The notes under the pieces are model-generated. The model worked only from the letters and a program-made list of their open reading frames with translations, ran no database searches and had not been told where the DNA came from. This document shows positions 52,928-62,974 of a stretch of DNA of 64,000 nucleotides, one piece after another. Within the stretch, counting starts at the first letter, position 1; the number at the start of each line of letters is the position of its first letter. The stretch is from Perna viridis (Eukaryota): positions 4,836,001-4,900,000 of the forward strand of contig CM074517.1 of the NCBI GenBank assembly GCA_037379345.1. The letters are read 5' to 3'. The translations under genes were made by a program, and so were the position numbers.

Positions 52928-53400
52928 ATGGCAATGTACTGCTTGAAATGCAAGAGGAAGACGGAGACGAATAGTCGCGCCGTGATCACGAGCAATGACG
53001 GACGGCGGCGGCGGAAGGTGGGGACCTGCGCCGAGTGCGGTACGCGGAAGTCGCAATTCATCAAGACGGAGGAGGGCGCCGGACTCATGAATAAGCTGAT
53101 CAATCGGATGCCCGTCGAAATGCATCTGCCTGGGCATAATTTCACCGGTCCGGGGACCAGACTCAGCCAGCGACTCGATGCCGACGTGGTCAAGGCCCAT
53201 CAATCGAGTCGATGCCGCCTATCGCCACGATCTTTGCTATGCCATGCACAAGGATACGGCGCACGCAGTTCGATCTGCGATAAGACGATGCTAGCCTCCC
53301 TCGAAGCCATCCCAATCCCACCGCACGCGAGCGCCTCGAGCGTGGCATCGTCAGACCCATCATCGGCACCAAGGCACGATTTGGGTTGGGCGTGGGAGAG
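52928..53400 (+). pseudogene. Zn-ribbon plus parvovirus-type phospholipase A2 domain (N-terminal part of the integrase unit)
   Basis: YCLKCKRKT..TCAECG; HLPGHNFTGPGT (Ca-binding loop). A shifted frame gives PINRVDAAYRHDLCY (HD dyad), then CDKTML and RERLERGIVRPIIGTKARFGLG. Confidence 0.85.
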
Positions 53401-54331
53401 AAAAAAAGTACGCTGGTCGGACGAGCTAGCCGAAGAGCTGCATAAGCCAGTCCGACGTAAATTTCTGAAGCGTTGCGTGGTGGTAGGTGGGGTGGACGAG
53501 ACCTGGGCTGTCGATTTCGTAGATATGAGCGCCTTCTCCCGCGATAATCGAAGCATCAAGTATCTCTTGAGCATCATCGACATCTTCTCCAAGTACGGCT
53601 GGCTGGTGCCGCTCAAGGATAAGAGAGGCGCCACGGTGCCAGATGCCTTCCAGACCGTCTTCAAGGATCGCACGCTCGAGAAGCTATGGACCGATAAGGG
53701 GACGGAATTTTATAATCGCGAGATGAAGGATCTGCTGAGGAAGCACGACGTCGATCTCTACTCCACAGAGAATGAAGAGAAATCAAGCGTGGTGGAGCGT
53801 TGGAATCGTACCATGAAGGAGAAGATGTTCAAATATTTCTCGGCCAATTCCACGCGCTCTTACCTTCCCGTCCTGGACGATCTCGTCCGCCAGTATAATA
53901 CCACCAAGCATCGACCCATCAAGATGACTCCCACCGCCGCCAGCCAGAAAGAGCACGAGACCAGGGTCTTCTGGGATCTCTACGGAGATCTCCCACCCAT
54001 GGAGCCTTAGCGATTCGACGTGGGAGATAAGGTCCGAATCACCAAGATGGGCACCTTCGAGAAGGGATATACTCCGCGCTGGACGGAGGTCTTTACCATC
54101 GCCCATGCCCTAGCGACGCAGCCACCCATCTATCGCCTCAAAGACTACGACGGTGAGGAGATCCAAGAATCCTTCTACGAGCCCAAGCTCCAGCGCACCG
54201 ATCAGGATATATATCGCATCGAGAAAATCTTGCGTCGGCGCATCCGGGATGGGACGAAGGAAATCCGCGTCAAGTGGAGAGGCTATCCCAAAACCTTTAA
54301 TTTCTTGATCAAAGAGTCCGACTTGCAATGA
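53401..54331 (+). pseudogene. int: Retroviral-like (rve) DDE integrase with C-terminal chromodomain
   Basis: AEELHKPVRRKF, WAVDFVD, IDIFSKY, LWTDKGTEF and VVERWNRT (D,D,E intact). One in-frame TAG at 54008-54010, then FDVGDKVRI..FEKGY and chromo-like YRIEKILRRR..VKWRGYP. Confidence 0.92.
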
Positions 54332-54538
54332 TCCTCAGCAGGCTTTCCGGTCTCGATCAAAGGAAACAAGAAAGTCTTGATTTACGCATGATTCAGCTCG
54401 ACGAAGACCCTTAATGCGTCCAGATCCGCCTGCAGCCGATCGTGAAGGGCTTTGGTGATAGCCCTGGGATGGGATGGGCATCCGCACCCGTCAGAACCTG
54501 CTAAATGCGGGATGGGCATCCGCACCTCTCAGAGCCTG

Positions 54539-57500
54539 CTAAGTGCAGAGGGGTGGTGGGGGACCTCGGTCGCGGGCGATTCCATAGTGTCCGTGGGCGA
54601 GGGTGCTGATGCCGCCCGGGAGGATGTGGCGCTTGTCCTTTTTGGCGGAGAGAGCGATCTTGTTGATCTCCGTGTAGATCTTATGGAAATGGTTCCGGAT
54701 GATATTCATCGGACGGTGAATCTCCTGCTGGGAGTCGAGGCATCGCTTGTAGTCCTCGAAGGCGATGCTGAGCTTGATGACGCCCTTGGTGACTCTCTTC
54801 GCCTTCTTGGTGGTCTCGTCATCCCCTACCTTGAAGGCGTATAGCTTCGCTCGTAGCGCCACGTATTCGGTCATGGTCTTGCCGCCGCACTCGTCCTTGA
54901 ACATCCCGATGATCTTCTTATTCACGCCGGTGGGGATGCCGGAGGGATGCTCGGTGGGGTAGTTGGACGTATCGAATTTTTCCTGTAGCGCGATGTCTTT
55001 GTAGAAGTCGGCGGTCTGGATTTCATAGGCCAAGCTGTCTGTGTCGGAAAAGAGCAGCCGGGCCTTATCGCCGTACGTCTTCCTCACGAATCCGTAGTGG
55101 AAGTCGTACATCAGGAGCTTCGAGATATCCAAGATGCATACTCCTAGGTAGATGGGCTTATCAAGCTTCAGCTCGGTCTTTTTCATTTGGACGGCTACCA
55201 AATTCTCGGTGAAGACGACGCGGCGATCGAAGTTGGGTTTGGCCACGAGCTTCAGGGCCTGCTTCGCGGTGGTGACTAGCATGACGTCGACGCGCTTCCG
55301 GATATTTTCCATCGTTTTGCCGAAGACCGAATTATTCATGAGCTTGAAAAAATCCTTCTCGGAGTCGGTCTTGGCCGCGGCTCGAAGCTTCGTATTCGGC
55401 TCGATATACGACTTGAGCCAGGGGGATTGCCTGAACACTATGATGCGATGGACTTTGACGAGCTTCATGCCCATCGATAAGTAGAGCTTGAGATTTCGAT
55501 AGTGGAGGGCATATTTTTCGCGCTTGCCTAGGTCAGGCACGAGCTGGTTGTGTGCCGCGCCCCGATACTTACCGGTGAGATGGTCGTGGTCCCGGACCTT
55601 ATCCCCATTCAATGCGCCGCCGCAGATGTGGCAGTGTGTGCTTGCTTCTAAGCTCTTCTTATCATCGTCGCTCATCTCCATCGGCTTCTTCTCCCTGCAT
55701 ATCTTGCTGATCGCTCGCACTTCCTCTTCGATGCACTGCCCAAATTTCTTGGCCGCATCCTCCCCGCAGTAGACGACCGATTCCTTGTAGTTGCCGTGGG
55801 CATACTTCACGCGATAGCAGAAACCTGATGACCGGTGCTGCTGATACTGCTTCGTGTAGGACTTGGTCGGGTCGGGCCGGCAGGTATCGATCTTCTCCGT
55901 GAAGCACTCACAGTCCGCGTAGAACGCGAATGGGACTCTCATCTGCTTCTTGTCATTGTGGAAGGCTATGGTGGATCCTTCTTCCGGCATCTCGATCCTG
56001 ATCGCATCCTTCTGGCTGCAATATTCCATCTGGTCGTCGAGAAGGTCCTGTCTGGCGAAGTGGTAAAGGCATCTGCGGCAGAAGAAGAGCCCATGACCAT
56101 GCTCTGAGATTTGTGAGCTCAAAAGGCGTGATAAGCTCCTGATCCAGCAGTAATGCTGCTTGCCTTCGCGGGTCAGGAAGAGGAGATCTACGTGGGAGGG
56201 GCCCGTATTCTTTGATATCCTGAGGGGGTAAATCTGGACATCCTCTTCCTCATCTTCACCCTTCTTTACGCCATCGAAGCCTAAAACGTTGACGTTGATG
56301 TTGGGGTTCTGCCTCTCGAATTTATCCATTGCCTTAAGTGAGACCGGGAAGTCGACGCCTTCGAATTTTAGCTCATCCTTCCATCTCTTGTACTGAGCTA
56401 CGCGGTTTGCTGACTTCTGGTCAACCTCATCGTAGTGTAGGGCTGCCAGCACCGCCCACTGGAAGCAACGATCATCCTCATTTTTCACACTGACGATCGC
56501 CTTCTTTTTCGCGAGTGCCGATGGCGTCGGTATGAAGGAACCCCCCTTGGGCGGCTTGAATTAGTTCAGATGGACTAGCTTATCGAAGCTGCTGAAAGTC
56601 CATCCACTCCCTTCCCGTATGTATCTTGCCATACTTTCCTTGACTTTCTCCATCATTGAGGGGATCTCCAATTCTAGGTCGTCAGATTCCACGATCATTG
56701 CCGTGCGTGATTAGAAGTAGGGGGTGATGTAGGTATTCTCCCCAGTCGCGGGGTTGGTTTTCACCATCTCTGCAAAGAGGACTAAGTGAACCTTCAATCC
56801 CTTCTTTTGAGCGAGCGCGATGATGGCGGTGGTGATGGTTCTCCGACTTACTTTGAGAAATGTGGTCACGTCGTGCGGCTTCACGGGTTCGATGACGACC
56901 GTACCAAATACACCATTCAGAGCTTCCCGCCTATCGGCGACCTTGATCTCATCCTCGAATGAGGCGCTTTTGATGTCCTCTTCCATCAAATGGAGTAGAT
57001 CGTCTCTCTTGAGCTGGGAGTATTTGGTGAGGCCACGATTCTTTGCTAGCGCTTCGAGCTGCTTTTTGCTGAAGACTTCCTGACGGGCAAATTTACGGGT
57101 GGTTTTCTCCTCGATGAGCTTCACCAAGGCCTCCTTGTTCTTCCTACTGACCCCCCTCAGACCCTCATTCTTAGCTATTTGACGAAGGGTCTTCATGGTC
57201 TCTTTTACCACCATCTTACCCTCGACTGGGATGACCTCCTCCTCCTCCTGCTGGCGTGGTTGCCTGCTATGCCTCCAGCAGAGCCATTCCTTCCCAGGCT
57301 TGCTCTTGCAGAACTGCCCCTTCTTTCTCTTGAGTGGGACGCCGCAGGTGGTCTTCTGCTCCCCTGGTTGATGCTCAAATCGCGGCTTGGTTGATTGTGC
57401 ACCGCAATTTTGACACATCTGGGTATGCTCATCCGTCTGCGTCACGTTGGGGTTACCACAGCACTGCCGCTGCCTTTGGGGGTTTGGGGTTGGAGTGGTA

Positions 57501-57679
57501 TTCTCCAAATCTTCTTCATTCTCCAGAAAGAAATCCTGTAAGCGATTCATATTATCACTATTGGATGCCATCCCTTTATTTATTTCAATTTGTGGCACAC
57601 CTCTCTTAAAGGTTTCCTTATCCACATCCCCACTATCCTCAGCTGGGACGACCTGACTTATGCTCTGTACGAAAGCCAT
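54539..57679 (-). pseudogene. polB: Protein-primed family B DNA polymerase polyprotein, with two stops and a large in-frame deletion
   Basis: One reading frame from 57679 to 54539 with stops at 56711-56713 and 56561-56563. Contains GSGW, KNEDDRCF..HYCWI, ExoI YADCE, CHICG..VRDHDHLTGKYRGAAH, KLMNNSVFGK (motif B), FSDTDS (motif C) and KLYAF..KKAK. Confidence 0.93.
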
Positions 57680-57798
57680 AATTCTTGTATTTACCCTATG
57701 CTCAATAGGGATGCCGTCCGTTTGCATTTGGCCGTCGGGGTTGGGGGTTTTATGCAGGATTTCTGCATGTGCGGTAGAATCGGCCTTTTGAAACTACT
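57668..57798 (-). repeat. Right terminal inverted repeat (131 bp)
   Basis: Matches 47040-47170 (5 mismatches); ends ACTACT followed by the TSD GTTTTA. Confidence 0.96.
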
Positions 57799-57866
57799 GT
57801 TTTACTAAAATATTACGATTTAGTTTAAATTTTAATTCTTGTAATACATTTAATCTTTGCATGCAT
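57799..57866 (-). mobile_element. Upstream continuation of the same LINE remnant
   Basis: RLNVLQELKFKLNRNILVKL joins in frame to Y*SYIRPLLEY once the element and one TSD copy are removed. Confidence 0.8.
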
Positions 57867-57899
57867 GATACTTTTGATACTTTTGCTCGGTCGTCGTTA

Positions 57900-58800
57900 A
57901 CTATGACGTAATTTTTTACATCATTTATGGAGCCGACGAAATTGTCTTCGGAATCAGAGACAGAGTCTATCGGAATATGATAGTTCTGACCATGGAAGTG
58001 ACTCGGAAACTAACATAGATAGCAGTGACGATGACGATCAACCGACAGACATCCCTGTTATCAGCAGAATGCCTTGGTTGAGAGTAATGCCACTAGAAGA
58101 TGATGATGAACCTGAACAGTTCACAGAAGTAGGACCAAAGATTTTACCGGAGACACACAGAAAGCCAATTACCTATTTCTTTTAATGATGACTATGGACT
58201 TCCTTAGAAGAATTGTTACAGCAACGAACAGATACGCATTGAACTGAAACTTTATAATATATATAGTTCGCTTTTTTCCGTATTTTACTCTTAAATTTTA
58301 TAAACTTAGAACTACATCATGATATAATCGATGCTGCATTATTGGTGGAAAGTTGGAGAAATAACCGAGACCCAAATAAAGCGTTTCTAGAAGTAGTTTT
58401 CAATACGAATTTGATTAGAAAAGCGTCAGTAAATGAATGTTGGAATAAGATTCATAACAGTCACGAAACGAAATGGTTCAGGAAATGTCTTCAGTCGGAA
58501 TCGCTTTCAATTGGTATTGATTTTTGTTCTTTTCGTTGACAATAACACTTTACCCCAAAAGAATGACGACAATTTTTCATCAGCTGATAAATTTCGATGT
58601 CTTGTAGACCATTTTAATACTCAACCCATGGAACATTTAAACACATGAACACATGCTTGACCCGGAAAGCAGGAGTGTAATGTTGTTCAGATAGATACGG
58701 GATCGGAGGACGGCACAAATCACGAACAATGTGTAAGCACTGTAAGAAAGGTGTTCATAAGGATTGTATCGTCAATCATATGTATGTACCGGAAAGTAAA
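57900..58800 (+). pseudogene. piggyBac (PGBD4-like) transposase remnant
   Basis: Acidic N-terminus, PITYF..DFLRRIVTATNRYA, VFSRNRFQLVL..VDN..KFRCLVDHFN, and Cys-rich C-terminal CKCC..CKHCKKGVHKDC. Most of the catalytic core is missing. Confidence 0.7.
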
Positions 58801-59130
58801 ATAAAACTTTATAGATTAAATATAATTCAATAAAGTGTACATGTTTTATGGAGTCAGTAAAACCATTCCTTCAACAAACATAATAACAAATATTTTCCAA
58901 TGTCAAAATTATACAGGTCATGATGTAGGAAGATAAACTGAATCTAGTTTGAGCTATACAAGGAACGTATCAACACTATACACCATGCATAAAAAGCCAC
59001 TTTGGCTAACCTCTCTAAACATTAAGAAGTAATATAAAAAAACAAAACAAAACAAAACAAGAAAAAACATAAAAAAAACTCTAAACATTGATCATTTTAC
59101 GCAAATCAAAAATAATTTTAAATTTTCCAA

Positions 59131-59657
59131 GCCCCGTGCAGGTCCGGGTGTTAAAAGAATAGGCCTGCAGCAGCGTTAAGCTTGTCGTAAAAGGCGACTA
59201 AATAGTGCTCAAAACCCTAGCCGGGGGCTAGGGCGCTCTGCACACAGAGCAACTGGGATGTGTGCCCCAGGTGGTGGAATGGGGTACCCCTGGCGTGTTA
59301 CATGCTGGGGTTGTCAGGCTATAATACGGAAAACCTGACCGCAAACCATAGTGGTGCACCGTGTTGGGAAAGATGCCACGTTCCTCGCACGTTAAAGAAC
59401 CCTACTGTGGTATTCTACCGGAGTAGCAACCATAGGGCTCCGCCACAGGAGGCTAAATTGCCCAACCATACCCACCTCTCCCTATTTCCAGTGGCAATCA
59501 AAATTTATCGACCCCATTGTCCTTGTATCCAATCCCTTTTTCATTTCATCATCATTTCATGTTCATTTTATCATCGATTTCATGTTCATTGTCTGAATAT
59601 AGCTGAAATACTGCTGCTCGGACGTTAAACCCCACCAAACAAACAAACAAACAAACA
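59131..59657 (+). mobile_element. SINE-like non-autonomous retroelement
   Basis: 11-bp TSD AAATTTTCCAA (59120-59130 and 59658-59668); (AAAC)n tail after gacgttaaac; internal gcacgttaaagaacc motif; no ORF. Confidence 0.8.
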
Positions 59658-61458
59658 AAATTTTCCAATATCAGGACCATAAAAACTGTCGGGTCTCGTG
59701 CATTGGAAGTATAAAAATATTTAATCCTAAGATAGTAAAAAAAAGTTTTACCAAATTTAGGGCCGATAAACATAATGAAAAAGGCATCATAGACGTCCAT
59801 AAACTAAATGGAAATAAACCAGTGGCCCAAAATAGGGGCACTGAACGTAGCAAAACAAAATAGGGTGAGGGTATATTGGCCCATAGCTTGTGTGTTGCAT
59901 CACAGGAGAACAGTCGTGAATACTATATAAGCTAGCTAGTATTCCCCTTTTTTTCATAGCGACATTGCTGAGAAGGGACGTTTATTCTATATGTATTCTA
60001 TATGTGTATAGGGCTATTGTATTCAGGAAAGGACTAAATAAGTATGATTTACTTTTATCTAATCCATTTTGTTTTTGAGCAAATAAAATATGTTTAAACT
60101 TAATCGGGTCGATTGACGTTGTCTTTGACTGCCACAAGGCCGATGAGGCCGATTGACGTGGTCGTTAACTGCCAGTGGGCCGATATGGGCCGATTTACAA
60201 TAGTCGTGTATTTGTTTTTATCTTGATTTCGAAGACATTAATGTTGTTTTATATTTATTTGCCAATGCGTTTTAATTGATTCTTTACTAATTTAATCTTA
60301 TTTAAACGAAATAGTTTTTTGATAGTTAAAAATTCTTCTTTGTAATGAATTTATATACTTTATTCTGCTAAACTTATGTAGAAACATTGGTATACAGATA
60401 ACAAGCATACCCCATCTTTATAGTGATACTTGTGACATTTTTGGGACAACGTCTTGATCAATTTTATTCCATAAAAAAGCTATACATTGCAAAAATTTCA
60501 ATACACATGGCTATTTAAGGGAACGTAGTAGGACGGTTTGTAAGTTATGCGGGAAAGGCTTACACATGAACTGTATGAGCTACCCTGTATTAAGACTGTG
60601 TAGAGCCTTGATTTTCTCGTTTATGTGATGTGATACAATGTTATAAACGTAAATCAAATTTATAGAATTTTATTGTGCATGTACATGTATGTATTAAATC
60701 TAGATTGAATTCCTCTCTTTTTTATGTTTAGCTCGACAAATTAATTGGAACATTAGTTTCGATTTTTAACACGTGTTTGCCCTGTTCTATTAAGTGTTTG
60801 TGTTTGTTTATTCCTCAGTATTTTCGTCCTTCAAGTTCTTTATAGTCCTTTACATCGTGATGTGGTCGTCCTTTTATTTTAGCGTCAAAATATGTTTTGG
60901 AAACTTGACGTCTTCAATGACATGTGCGCTCACTTAAGGAGATAGACCTAGAGTAAGGGACACAACCTTTATAAATCATTGGAACGTTTGTATTTAGCAT
61001 TTAACATCAATGTCATGCAAGCATCAAAGTAATTGGCAAACGTCGTTATTGCGGTCATGAATATAATGATTGAACTACCCCACCCCGTCCAAAATATATA
61101 CCTACAAATAAATATAAATCTAAGCTAAACAATAAACATTAAAAATCAATTACAAAATGAGAAGTTCAGTATCTTCAACGTAAATGAACAAAAAAGCAAA
61201 CGACACTGTCGACAGGAATGGACAAAAAATTATTTTGTTTCTTAGAATTTGTTATAGTTTGGTACATACATACCATTATATTGTTTTAATAAGTTAGAGA
61301 AGATAACAAAGCCAAGCAAATAAAAAAAAAAAAACATTTTGAAATCCTATTTAGCTTATACTACTTGTAGAGTGCACTGATATAGCGAATGTATTTCATA
61401 AGTTTTATTCCTCTCATTCATATATGGTACAAACCCCTGGGCAGAGTTTATCTGATGA

Positions 61459-61646
61459 CTGTAAACGTATTAATTTGCTCTATTTCCGCGATGGACAGAA
61501 AAGCGCAAAAATAGAACCCACGAAATTGTATTTTAACTCTGTATAACGCTGACCATATTACGACACCGCGAAAAACGATACCCGCGAATATGTTCACTTG
61601 ATAGAATCCATAAAATTCCGCAACCGCAAAAATAATACGTTTACAG
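61459..61646. mobile_element. Short MITE
   Basis: ctgtaaacgtatta / taatacgtttacag, with internal cgcgaa repeats. Confidence 0.6.
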
Positions 61647-62329
61647 TAAATATGTAAATTCCGTGATTTAATACAGGCAAATCATTTTGATTCAAGAAAA
61701 AAAGTTTCGACTGGAAAACAGTATATATTTATGTCTGAAACAACTTTTTGTTTTTATAAGGAGAATATGGTTAGTATGTCAAAGGGACAACAACCCCACC
61801 TGGATAAAAAATGTCAGCTCAAGGCCAACCATTATTCTTCAAAGAAGACGGGGACGTAAAACACGTTTTACTTTTTCCTTCCAATTTTCGTATTAGGTTT
61901 ACGAACTTCTTCGTTATGGTTGGTTTAATTCTTCTTAAAAAAATTAGTATACGTCATATTTCACTCTCACAAAATTTAAGCATATAGAGGTTGCAAAACG
62001 ATAATAAATGTACAGGCAAATTTATTTTAAAAAAATACAAGTACTCAAATAGCTCAATACAATCAAAACAAAGCTAGCTCTGCAAATATTTCGTTTATTT
62101 ACTATATACAGTTTTCATATGTTTATGTTCTATTGCATATTATGCCACCTAGACTATCAAATGAAAATTTGTTCGAACATTTCTCCCGAGACCATTTCAA
62201 GCTTGTTGGTATCCATTTGCCATGTTTTCTGAGTGATGTGCTCGGAAAAATGTCATCAAATCATGTCAGATTTAAAGCTCTAAATAATCAATTGTCATAA
62301 GGATATTCTAATATGGCAGTAATACCTAC

Positions 62330-62970
62330 CCGAAGAATGAAGCATTTTAAAGAAATTAGTATAAAATTTCGAGTGATAAGTGATCGAAACTTACTTTAAG
62401 GTTAACTGTGATGCAAAAACCTAAGCAATTATAGGGTTAATCATTTGCTATATGCAGATGACTTAGTCTTAATTTCAAAATCCCTGAAAGGTTTCCAATG
62501 CTGTCTAGGTGCACTATATCGTTTTTGCAATGTCTGGAAACTTGAAACAAACTCTAATAAAACAAAAAAATATGGTTTTCTCAAAGCGTGAAATAGACCC
62601 TAAAACAATGGCACTCTATTTTGGAAACGAAAAATTAGAAATAGTAAAAGAATACAAATACTTTGGAATAATTATAAAAAGCAATAAATCTTTAAGACCA
62701 CTGGACAATACTTAGCAAACAAAGCACGCAAAGCTTTTTATGCTCTAAAATCTTAACTAGCATTAAATGAAATTTTTCATCTAGACTTGTCTGAAACTTT
62801 ATGACAGTATTACTTTACCAATAATCACATATGGGTCAGAAATATGGATAAGTGATTTTCATATCAACCTAGAAAATCTAGACAACCTGCCATTTGAAAA
62901 AGTTCAAAACATGATCCTGAAAATATTCTAGGTGTTCAAAGTAAAGCTTCAAATATAGGTGTTCATACTG
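62330..62970 (+). mobile_element. LINE reverse transcriptase remnant
   Basis: NHLLYADDLVLIS (YADD at 62451-62462), NKTKNMVF, YKYFGI, KARKAFY and PIITYGSEIW, with frameshifts. Confidence 0.8.
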
Positions 62971-62974
62971 TAAT

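Larger units (their letters stand above)
47040..57798. mobile_element. Endogenous Polinton/Maverick-type virus (adintovirus-like), both ends present, internally decayed
   Basis: 131-bp TIRs with AGTAGT...ACTACT termini; 6-bp TSD GTTTTA (47034-47039 and 57799-57804); pPolB, DDE integrase, ATPase, MCP and penton recognisable; sharp GC increase relative to the flanks. Confidence 0.97.

Noticed and set aside
47040-57798. Bacterial prophage or contaminant explanation for the GC-rich block
   Set aside because: The TSD, the split host LINE frame and the eukaryotic polinton gene set (rve integrase with chromodomain) show genuine integration.
49114-57808. Many antisense ORFs inside the element (e.g. 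51655-52209, 52267-52701, 54452-54844, 55152-55484)
   Set aside because: Shadow ORFs of GC-rich coding sequence opposite recognisable genes.
59141-59154. GGGTG|TTAA as the right end of the piggyBac remnant
   Set aside because: It lies inside the TSD-bounded SINE-like element, and no matching left TIR was found.
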